A stretch of 64,000 nt of DNA from Octopus sinensis. Its lineage: Eukaryota. The stretch's first letter is position 1. Each line of letters opens with the position of its first letter. The position numbers and the translations under genes were made by a program. Shown in pieces: positions 21,745 to 32,420 of the stretch. The notes under the pieces were generated by a model. The model saw nothing but the letters and a program-made list of their open reading frames with translations, had not been told where the DNA came from and searched no databases. Location: the NCBI RefSeq assembly GCF_006345805.1, contig NC_042999.1, forward strand, positions 161,882,001-161,946,000, in the 5' to 3' direction.

Positions 21745-23960
21745 AAAAAATGAAATGAGAGGATGAAGTAAACAAGACTGTAATTGAATGTTGACTGAGA
21801 AGTGAGCCAAATAAAAGAGGTTTCAGGAAAGGAATGAAGAGAATATGGGATGAAAAAGGAGTTTCTGAAGCTCCAGCATGGCCGCAGTCAAATCACAGAA
21901 ACAAGTAAAAGAGTATCCACCCAGGGCAATTCACATGAATGACTGGATTACAGGATTAGAAGTTGAAGAAATTCAGAGAATAAAAAAAAAAGGAACCGGG
22001 AGAAAGTGAAACAGCAGTAGTAGGAAGTGGTATTGAAGGAGTAAATCAGTGTGTGCCTGAGATTACTGATGAAGTACAAAGTAAACATGATCTAGTTGAA
22101 CAAGTGACAGTAAATGCTTGCATAGACTTGAATGATGAAGAGGAGATTCTAGAAATATTGCAAGGTTGTGCTGAGAACAATGAAGTAGCACCAAATGTAA
22201 GACATATGGACAAAGGAAAAGTAAGGAGAGCCACAGGTAAAGTAAATGGGATTTTGAGCATGGTTTAAAACAGAAAACATGAGTGAAACAAACCAGCTGA
22301 TCATAGTTGCTGCTAATGTTGTAGCTGGCATGTTAGAACACAAGTGGAAAACTGAAGAAATGAAAAGAAAGAACGAAACCGGAGGAAAAGAATATGAATA
22401 AAGTTGGAAAGAACAAGAGCAATTGAATAGGATAATGAGAGGAGAGCTCAAGAATGAAGTAGTAATCAGAAATTTGAATGGAGAGTAGAGGCTGGAAGAG
22501 AGGGATCAGTAAACGGTATATGAGGCGGTGAGCTGGCAGAAACGTTAGCACGCTGGGTGAAATGCGTAACCGTACTTCGTCTGCTGCTACATTCTGAGTT
22601 CAAATTCCGCCGAGGTTGACTTTGCCTTTCATCCTTTCGGGGTCGATAAATTAAGTACCAGTTACGCACTGGGGTCGATGTAATCGACTTAATACCTATG
22701 TCTTTCCTTGTTTGTCCCCTCTGTGTTTAGCCCCTTGTGGGTAGTAAAGAAATAGGTATATGAAGAATTGTCACAGAGAGTGACAGTGTTAAAAGCCAAA
22801 CTGAAAAGAATTGATGCTAGAAAGAAAGGTTTTCAACAGAATAGACTGTATCAATCAAATAGAAGGCATCTTTTTGAGGAAATAGATGGGTAACAGCATC
22901 AGGAACTGATTCCTGATGCAGAAGAAAGTAAAGTGTTTTGGGAAGAACTTTGGAACAAGTCAGTGAGGTATAAAGTGAAGAGTGGCTAACACAGGTGAAG
23001 AGACAGCTTGAAACTGTGCCAAGACAAAAGGACATCAGAATTTATCTTGATTCAGTGAAACTGAAGTTTAAAAAAAATAGCAAATTGGGAAGGACCTGGC
23101 CCAGATGGAGTACAAGGTTGTTGGCTCAAGAATTTTACACAGTTGTATGAAAGGACAGTGGTATAAGTATTTGGGAATACTGGAAGCAGATGAAATAAAA
23201 CATGAAGAGATAAAAAAAAATTACAAGTAGGGTGTACACAAGGAGAGTGAGAAAAATATTACAGTCAAAGTTGAATTTTAAAAATGTTATTGAAGAAATA
23301 AATGCAAGAGCATTATCAGTAATCAGATATGGAATTGGAATTGTAGTTGGATCGAAAACAACATACAGAAACTTGATAGAAAAACTAGAAAGTTGTTGAT
23401 AATGTATGGAACCAACCATCCCAAAACTGATATCAACTAGTTGTATTTGAAGAGAGACCAGGGTTGAAGAGAGATCACTGCTGTACGTACAGATGGAAAG
23501 CAAAAGCCTACAAGAATATTTACAAAACAGCACAGAGAAATCACTAAATACAGCGAATAAGGAACAAGTGATCAAGTATGGAATAGGAGAAAAGGACAAG
23601 AACGAAATTCAAAGAGAGCTTGTAAAACAGATTGAAGAGAAACCTTTGCATGATCAGTTTTGTGAAGTTGCTTACTAACTGATCTATCCTGCTCATTTGA
23701 TTCCAAGAATGTAAAGAAAGAGGATGAAAAACAAAAACATAAAATACAGTCCCTTAAAATCTGAAATTACAAGAATTTGAAGTATGAAAACTGTAAAGGT
23801 TTTGGTTGTAATCATTAGTGCATTGTGAACTGTAAGTAAAGTTATAGACAAATGGTTGAAGGAGATTGGAATAGAGGGTCCTGCAGACCTGCTACAGAAA
23901 GCTTAAGGACAGCAAAGATTATCAGGAGGGTTTTAAGCACTTGAAAGATTACTAAAAGCT
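21745..23960 (+). mobile_element. Decayed R4/Dong-like (RLE) LINE with a large internal deletion
   Basis: N-terminal RGFRKGMKRIWDEKG, EGPGPDGVQGCWLK, YKYLGILEAD, and C-terminal MKTVKVLVVIISAL...LLQKA. Confidence 0.78.
22524..22754 (+). mobile_element. tRNA-derived SINE family C
   Basis: B box GTTCAAATTC and body CCTTTCATCCTTTCGGGGTCGATAAATTAAGTACC. TSD GGTATATGA at 22515-22523 and 22755-22763. Confidence 0.92.
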
Positions 23961-24612
23961 AGAGGATACTTAAGTTACAGGCAGTAACCAGCTACCCACA
24001 TAAATCCTACAAGGGATACAAATGAACAGGAGTGAAATCATGAATAATAATAGTAATTATTATTGAGTGAGAGAGCAATGCATGCCATGAAAGTGACGCT
24101 GGGGTACAAACATATGAAGCTCAAGATACCCATCATGACTACCTGTCTGATAAGGGTACACAAGGCACATGCACCACAACCATACGTATGCAACATGGTG
24201 ATCACATATCAAAATAAAGAGCACATGACCTTGCAGGTGGGGCCCAGATAGCATTTTCTTTATGTCAAGTAGCCCATTCCGTTCAAAAGATCTCTGAATA
24301 AGGTTTGTTTAAGGATGATGAACAAAATACTATGTTTCCAGAGGTGAATTATTCAAACCCCAAAGAATTCCTCTCATCACATGGCTATGATGCTCCGCAA
24401 CTACTCCTGCACATGATCAGAGATGCACATATTGTCAGCCACTAAGGGACATGCTCAACTGGTTAAGGTCAAGCAACTGACAAGCAAATCTGTGGTATTG
24501 AGCAGAATATATACAAAGACAAAGTACATGATAACACTTCCAATCAGTTAAGACCAGAAACCATGAGAGCCACTGCCTGGTGGCATCATGGCATAAACTA
24601 ATTATTATTATT

Positions 24613-25132
24613 TGGCATCCGTGCTAGCAGGGTGCAAAGAGCACCATACGAGTGTTATCGTTGACAGAGCGGCTAACCGACTTCCGTGCCAGTGGCACAT
24701 AAAAGGCACCATTCGAGTGTGATCGTTGCCAGCATCGCCTTAATGGCACTTGTGCCCCGTGCTAGTATGGTGCTAAGAGCACCATCTGAGCATGACAGTT
24801 CCCAGAGCAGCTAACCGGCTTCTGTGCCAGTGGCACGTAAAAGGCACCATTCAAGCGTGATCGTTACCAGCTTCGCCCTACTGGCACCTGTGCCGGTGGC
24901 ATGTGTAAAAAGATTCAAGCGAGGTCATTGCCAGTACCGCCTGACTGGTCCCCATGCCGGTGACACGTAAAAGCACCCACTACACTCTCAGAGTGGTTGG
25001 CATTAGGAAGGGCATCCAGCTGTAGAAACTCTGCCAGATCAAGATTGGAGCCTGGTGCAGCCATCTGGTTCGCCAGCCCTCAGTGATATGGTCCAACCCA
25101 TGCTAGCATGGAAAGCGGACGTTAAACGATGA
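24613..25132 (+). mobile_element. RTE 3'-UTR-only copy, divergent subfamily with about 6 structured units
   Basis: GTGCC-N3-GGCAC..AAAA(G)GCACC units alternating with CCGTGCTAG..GGTGC..GCACC units. Same 3' end as the other copies, inserted in (ATT)n. Confidence 0.88.
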
Positions 25133-26136
25133 TTATTATTATTATTATTATTATTAATGTCAGGTTGCTCTTGAGTGCAACTGGTAACATGTAGCCTAGT
25201 ACAATCTGTCATTTGGTTAAGTCATCAGTGACTAAACTGGCAACTCCATGAAGCTTGCTTGGTGACGAGGATGATCTTTGAACACCCTCATCATCACCAT
25301 CATCACCATCATCATCTAGCTTTCCATGCTGGTGTGGGTTAAATGGTTGACTGAAACTGGTAAGCTGTAGGGCTACAGCAGGTTCTAAACCCAATAAAGG
25401 TCTGAGGAACTCAGAAGAGTCAATGACTATCCAAAAACTTTATAAAATCTGTAGTTGCAGAGTATAAAATACTGAATTGGTGACCTGCACAGGATAGCTC
25501 ACTTCAATTGTAAGGTTTGAGGGTCCCTTAAAGTCATTTATGCCACCTTCTAGATATGGTGTCTCAAAGAAGAAAAACACCAATTATGGTGGAACCTGAA
25601 AATGACTAACCTCAATGAGTGAAATGAATCACAACATTTATTTACAGAAGACATGAAAGGTGCTGGAGCCTCTAGTGATGATGATGCCTCAATTAGCAGG
25701 TGTATTCTGGGTGAACAGCACGGGCTTGGTAATCATCATAACATTGCTAGAATGAAGTGGAGTGTTATTTTAGAAGCAAGCCTGTAAATGAAAATGGTGT
25801 GGAAATTAGGGGACGTAGACAAAGGATGTTATGAGTATGGCAGGAGACAGGGCTCTTTGAATCAACTGAACAGAGGATTTGCAATCAGGCAAGAGCAATA
25901 AGCAAAAACAGATGGCTATCTGAGATGAAGATGGAAATGATAAAGGAGAAAGATAAGCCAGGAGGGTGTGGAGGATTTAGAAGATCAGGATCTTGAAAAT
26001 TAAAATAGAGATGAGAGTATGAAAAATGGTGGAATCCAACAGGATGAGGCTGAACTGAATACTCAAGAAGATGCAGGAGGTGATATTAACATCAATGAAC
26101 TGAAGGACATATCAGAAAAAGATAGACAGATATATA

Positions 26137-26546
26137 GGCGCAGGAGTGGCTGTGTGGTAAGTAGCTTGCTAACCAACCACATGGTTCCGAGTTCGGTCCC
26201 ACTGCGTGGCACCTTGGGCAAGTGTCTTCTACTATAGCCTCGGGCCGACCAAAGCCTTGTGAGTGGATTTGGTAGACGGAAACTGAAAGAAGCCCGTCGT
26301 ATATATGTATATATATATATAAATGTGTGTTTGTGCGTCTGTGTTTGTCCCCCTAGCATTACTTGACAACCGATGCTGGTGTGTTTACGTCCCCGTTACT
26401 TAGCGGTTCGGCAAAAAGAGAATGATAGAATAAGTACTGGGCTTACAAAAGAATAAGTCCCAGGGTTGAGTTGCTCGATTAAAGGCGGTGCTCCAGCATG
26501 GCCGCAGCCAAATGACTGAAACAAGTAAAAGAGTAAAAGAGTAAAG
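26137..26546 (+). mobile_element. SINE family A, full length
   Basis: GGCGCAGGAGTGGCTGTGTGG start, with a complete body and tail. Confidence 0.95.
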
Positions 26547-26697
26547 ATGATTACTAATATATTGAAGATCTCTAAATCAGGAAGCAGTAATCCAAATTTC
26601 AAAAAGCGAATCAACATCAGCTCCAAGAAATAACTAACAATGTAAACCACATCGTAGACAAGGTGTCAACTAGAACTATCACAGAAACCAACAATCT

Positions 26698-27054
26698 GTG
26701 GCTGTGTGGTAAGTAGCTTGCTAACCAACCACATGGTTCCGGGTTCAGTCCCACTGCGTGGCATCTTGGGTAAGTGTCTTCTGCTATAGCCCCGGGCCGA
26801 CCAATGCCTTGTGAGTGGATTTGGTAGATGGAAACTGAAAGAAGCCTGTCGTATATATGTATATATATATAAGTGTGTGTGTATATGTTTGTGTCTGTGT
26901 TTATGTCCCTGACACTTAGCGGTTCGGCAAAAGAGACCGATAGAATAAGTACTGGGCTTACAACGAATAAGTCCCGGAGGCGATTGGGTTGACTAAAGGC
27001 GGTGCTCCAGCATGGCCACAGTCAAATGACTGAAACAAGTAAAAGAGTAAAAGA
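26698..27054 (+). mobile_element. SINE family A with an internal deletion of about 35 bp
   Basis: The deletion joins the two TGTGTTT..GTCCC repeats of the body (microhomology). Confidence 0.92.
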
Positions 27055-27288
27055 ATCTCATCAGTGCTGTACGTATCTACATTGCTAAAGAGTTGGGTCT
27101 GAAACAGATTGCACAAAAGCAGATCAAGGAACCATGGTGGGAAAGGAGAATATTAATATTCTGGAAAGGGAAAACAAAAGTGATTTAAGAAAAAGAGGAA
27201 AGATTGATTTGGTTTTGTTTTGTAGTTTTGCTCAATACTTTTAATCAAAGATAGCTGTATGTAGTTCAATGTATTCCAGATTAAGATA

Positions 27289-27725
27289 CATCATCATCAT
27301 CATCATTTAGTGTCCGCTTTCCATGCTAGCATGGGTTGGACGGTTCAACTGGGGTCTGTGAAGCCAGGAGGCTGCACCAGGCTCCAGTCTGATCTGGCAG
27401 AGTTTCTACGGCTGGATGCCCTTCCTAACGCCAACCACTCCGCGAGTGTAGTGGGTGCTTTTTACGTGTCATCCGCACAGGTGCCAGATGGAGCTGGCAA
27501 ACGGCCACGGACGGATGGTGCTTTTTACGTGCCACCGGCACAGGGGCCAGACGAGACTGGCAATGGGCACAAACAGATGGTGCTTTTACGTGCCACCGGC
27601 ACGGGGGCCAAGCGAGGCTGGCAACGGCCACGAACGGATGGTGCTTTTACATGCCACCGGCACGGGGGCTAGGCGAGGCTGGCAATGGACACAAACGGAT
27701 GGTGCTTTTACGTGCCACCGGCACG
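27289..27725 (-). mobile_element. RTE 3'-UTR-only copy (5 units)
   Basis: (ATC)n tail. The 5' end begins exactly at CGTGCCGGTGGCAC on the minus strand. Confidence 0.92.
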
Positions 27726-28003
27726 TAAAGACAAAAATGATAGATAACAGATAAAACTTGTGATAAGTGCATAACAAGGAATATAGCTTTCAGAGATGTT
27801 TTTCTCTTTAGGCTGCACCTTTAGTACTACATATGTAGACTTTACACCATCTCTAAACTCAAAGACTTCAAACAATCCAAGACCAGAAAACATTATTCAT
27901 GTCATGGTTCACAATTAACTTCCAACAGTTACATAGTTTTCAAAATAACCACAGAATTTCCATGGGTACAGCATGTACAATATAATAAAGAGTACATAAT
28001 AAA

Positions 28004-28221
28004 GGCGGCGAGCTGGAAGAATCGTTAGCACGCTGGACGAAATTCGTCTGTCGTTACGTTCCGAGTTCAAATTCCGCCAAGGTCGACTTTGCCTTTCATC
28101 CTTTCGGGGTCGATAAATTAAGTACCAGTTACGCACTGGGGTCGATGTAGTCGACTTAATCCCTTTGTCTGTCCTTGTTTGTCCCCTCTGTGTTTAGCCC
28201 CTTGTGGGTAGTAAAGAAATA
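28004..28221 (+). mobile_element. SINE family C
   Basis: 18-bp TSD AATATAATAAAGAGTACA at 27979-27996 and 28222-28239. Confidence 0.92.
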
Positions 28222-28949
28222 AATATAATAAAGAGTACAATTACCCACAAATGACTACAGGAGAGAGTACAACAGTGTGAAAAGTGGATAGCCAAGTACA
28301 GAACAAGATATGATAAACAAACCGCTGCTATTTCAGTCAAAATGCTGACAGCTAATCCTAGTAGACATTGTGACTTCTAAATGGGTGTGACTTCTAAATG
28401 GGTGGAAATTGGATGAGATGTGGGTAAGGATATCTTTATGAGTAGGAGGATTAAGGAGGAATGTACAATTATTTTTGCTTTGATTTTACCTGAAATCAGA
28501 CTCTTAAAATTCAACCCTTCCCAAAAAGAAAAACAGTTTGGCATCACTGCAATTACCATCTCCACAAATCTCTTCTATCCACCCTCCAACAGTTTATATG
28601 GTCAGTAAGGGGAAGTGGAAAAAACAGGCGTTGGCCAGATGAAAGTATTGTATTTTGTTGAAATTGTAGATGGAAACTGCTGCCACTAGAAATGGTTGGT
28701 AAAAGAGAAAGATCAGCAAACAATTTCTTCTTGACATGTCATTGTTTGGTTTCGCTATTTTTATCATTCATTCAGAAAGACAGAAAGACAGACAGGCAGA
28801 CAGAGGGGGAGAGTGAGTGAGTGTGTGAGTAAGAGAGAGAGAGAGTGTGTGTGTGTGTGTGTGTTGTTTGTGTTGAAGAGTCAGTAGATTGCTAGACAAC
28901 TTACTTAGTTCCTTTATGTTATGAGTTCAAATCTCACCTAGGTTTATTT

Positions 28950-28961
28950 ATGTATGTATTT

Positions 28962-28997
<36 letters not shown>

Positions 28998-29050
28998 GTG
29001 TATGCATGTATGTATGTATGTATGCATGCATGCATGTATGTAAGGTATAT

Positions 29051-29140
<90 letters not shown>
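28950..29140. repeat. Compound microsatellite (TG)n-(TATG)n-(TATC)n-(GA)n
   Basis: Direct inspection. Confidence 0.9.
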
Positions 29141-29143
<3 letters not shown>

Positions 29144-29644
29144 GCAACAGTAAATTACTGGTTATGTTATGCAACTGATCAACAACTTACTATCAGTTTC
29201 ACACAAAATATTGCCCTTGACAATATTGACAATTCTTCAGACAAACTGGCCAAGTCTTTTGGCTGGCATATCTGAAGAGTCATCAATAGTTGGCATGTAA
29301 CAGACAGTAACATTCTGACCAGTTATCTATCATAACCTGTATTATACAGCTTGATGATACACAAGAATATAACTGCTCTATTACTCATACTAAACATGCA
29401 TTTTTTCTGGGTTAGGGACAACTAGCCTGGTTATATATTTATATATACATGTATGTAAGTATAAAATGATGGTATATGTGTGTGTGTGTGTGTGAATGGA
29501 TGTGGTTTTTAGAAAAAGAAAACAGCAGTGTGGAAACAGTCTAACTATGATATGACCAAACTAACAAATGATGTCACATTACTACGAGTTTTTCTTTTTA
29601 AATGACTGATAAACTTATATTCATCTTATATATGTCTTCTGTCT

Positions 29645-30020
29645 TTTCTCTTTTACTTATTTCAGTCATTAGACTACAGCCATACTGGGCCCCCATCCAC
29701 CTTGAAGAAATTTAAGCCAAATGAATCGGTCCCAATGCTTTCTTTTTTAAGCCTGGTACTTATTCTATCAGTCCTTTTACCAAACTGCTAAGTTACAGAG
29801 ATGTAAGCACACCAACATTGGTTGTCAAGCAGTATTGCAGGACAAACACACACACACATGCAGACACACACACACACACAATCGGCTTCTTTCAGTTTCC
29901 ATCTACCAAATCCACTAACAAGGCTTGGTCAGTTTGAGGCTATATCAGAAGACACTTGCCCAAGGTGCTACACATATGGTTGGGAAGCAAGCTTCTTGTC
30001 ACACAGCCATATGCCTGTGC
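29645..30020 (-). mobile_element. Older SINE family A copy
   Basis: Degenerate TTTCAGTCATT...GACACTTGCCCAAGG blocks. Confidence 0.75.
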
Positions 30021-30402
30021 CAATGTGTAGATATATATATGTGTGTGTGTATGTATGTGTGACATACAGAGGCAATAACATATCTACAAAATACATGTAA
30101 TACAAACACTAGGATGGTTGTGCTGTAAAGTAGTTCGTTCTGCAATCTTGTGGACCTTAGTCTCACTGCATGTCACCTCACAGTCTCAGATCCCATTTAA
30201 AAGGTCATGGGCACTGTCTTCACTCTTCTCGCTAAACCATAAACAAGCATGCAAACATACAGAAATATCCACAGAAAACACACACACATATGCGTATACA
30301 ATTTTTTCTGAATTTTCAGATTTTTCTATATGGTTTTAAATTGATGTTAATTAAATTAATATCTAATTTATCAGCCACATTATTTAAATTATATATATAT
30401 AT

Positions 30403-31906
30403 CATCATCATCATCATCATCATTTAACGTCCGCTTTCCATGCTAGCATGGGTTGGACGGTTCAACTGGGGTCTGGGGAGCCCGAAAGCTGCACCAGTCC
30501 AGTCAGATCTGGCAGTGTTTCTACAGCTGGATGCCCTTCCTAACGCCAACCACTCCGAGAGTGTAGTGGGTGATTTTATGTGCCACCGACACAGGTGCCA
30601 GACGAGGCTGGCAGACGGCCACGCTCGGATGGTGTTTTTATGTGCCACCGACACAGGTGCCAGATGAGGCTGGCAAACGGCCACGATCGGATGGTGCTTG
30701 TTACGTGCCCACAGCACGGAGGCCAGTCGATGCGGTACTGGCTACGGCCACGTTCGGATGGTTTTCTTATGTGCCACGTGCCACCGGCACTGGTACCACA
30801 AAGATACAAATTCCATTGATGTTCATCTATTTTGATTTGTTTTGATTTTCACTTGCCTCAACAGGTCTTCACAAGTGTCACAAAAGGAAGGTATGCACAG
30901 GTGGACTGACTACGTCCCAGGTAGGGGCCATGGGTTATGGCCTGACTAGTCTTGCCGGGTCTTCGGATGGTGTTTTTATGTGCCACCGACACAGGTGCTA
31001 GATGAGCCTGGCGAACGGCCACGATCGGATGGTGTTTGTCATGTGCCCACCGCACTGACTACGGCACTGATGGATTTCTTGTGTGCCACAGGCACTGGTA
31101 CCACAAGATACAAATTCCATTGATGTTCATCTATTTTGTCTATTTTGATTTTGATTTGATTTTCACTTGCCTCAACCGTGTCTTCACAGTGTCACAGAAA
31201 GGAAGGTATGCACAGGTGACTGACTAGTCTTGCCGGGTCTTCGGAAGGGTTTTTATATGGCAACCGACACAGGTGCCAGATGAGGCTGGTGAACGCCATG
31301 ATCGGATGGTGTTTGTTACGTGCCCACAGCACGGAGGCCGGTCGATGCGGAACTGGCTACGGCCATGTTCGGATGGTTCTCTTGTGTGCCACCGGCACTG
31401 GTACCACAAAGTGTGTGCCACCGGCACTGGTACCACAAGATACAGATTCCATTGATGTTCATCTATTTTGATTTGTTTTGATTTGATTTTCACTTGCCTC
31501 AACAGGTCTTCACAAGTGTCACAAGAAGGAAGTTATGCACAGGTGGACTGACTACGTCCCAGGTAGGGGCCATGGGTTATGGCCTGACTAGTCTTGCCGG
31601 GTCTTCGATGGTGTTTTTATGTGCCACCGACACAGGTGCTAGATGAGGCTGGCGAACGGCCACGATCGGATGGTTTTTGTCATGTGCCCACAGCACGGAG
31701 GCCATTCGATGCGGTACTGGCTACGGCCACTTTCGGATGGTTTTCCTCTTGTGTGCCACCGGCACTGGTACCACAAAGATACAAATTCCCATTGATGTTC
31801 ATCTATTTTGATTTGTTTTGATTTGATTTTGATTTTGATTTTCATTTGCCTCAACAGGCCTTCACAAGTATCACAAGGAAGGTATGCACAGGTGGACTGA
31901 CTACGT
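30403..31906 (-). mobile_element. Head-to-tail multimer (4 units of 270-365 bp) of the RTE 3' UTR with one terminal tail
   Basis: The junction GACTAGTCTTGCCGGGTCTTCG(G)A recurs near 30945, 31222 and 31586. There is a single (ATC)n tail at 30403. Confidence 0.9.
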
Positions 31907-31907
31907 C

Positions 31908-32290
31908 ACTCTTTTACTCTCTTACTTGTTTCAGTCATTTGAATGTGGCCATGCTGGAGCACTGCCTTTAATCAAGCAAATCAACCCCAGGAGTTAATCT
32001 TCCTAAGCCTAGTACTTATTCTATCGGTCTCTTTTGCCGAACCGCTAAGTTACGGGGATGTAAACACAACAGTGTTGGTTATCAAGCAATGCTGGGGAGA
32101 CAAACACAGACACACAAACACACACATATATACATACATATATATATACGACGGGCTTCTTTCAGTTTCCGTCTCCCAAATCCACCCACAAGGCTTTGGT
32201 CGGCCCAAGGATACACTTACCCAAGGTGCCACACAGTGGGACTGAACCCGGAGCCATGTGGTTGGTAAGCAAGCTACTTACCACACAGCC
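31908..32290 (-). mobile_element. SINE family A, slightly 5'-truncated
   Basis: Family A body. The tail abuts the RTE UTR multimer in the same orientation. Confidence 0.92.
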
Positions 32291-32420
32291 AATTATGAAT
32301 TAGCGGTTATGCAACCATCTAAGAGATAAATGTATCCATATTACCTCACTATGTATAGGCCTCGCTATAAGGTTAACAGTAGTTGGTAATTTAAATGGTA
32401 AAACCATGGTTTAATATATT

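Larger units (their letters stand above)
25700..27170 (+). mobile_element. R4/Dong-like LINE 5' fragment interrupted by two SINE A copies
   Basis: ECYFRSKP...[19 protein letters not shown]|ISAV continuing across the SINE, and KEPWWERRI. Confidence 0.72.

Noticed and set aside
29191-29271. 81-bp open exon candidate with a GTAAGT donor
   Set aside because: The opposite strand reads like a decayed CR1/L2-type RT (DNID..DKLAKSFGIS...TSYLS), and its phase does not fit exon 9183.
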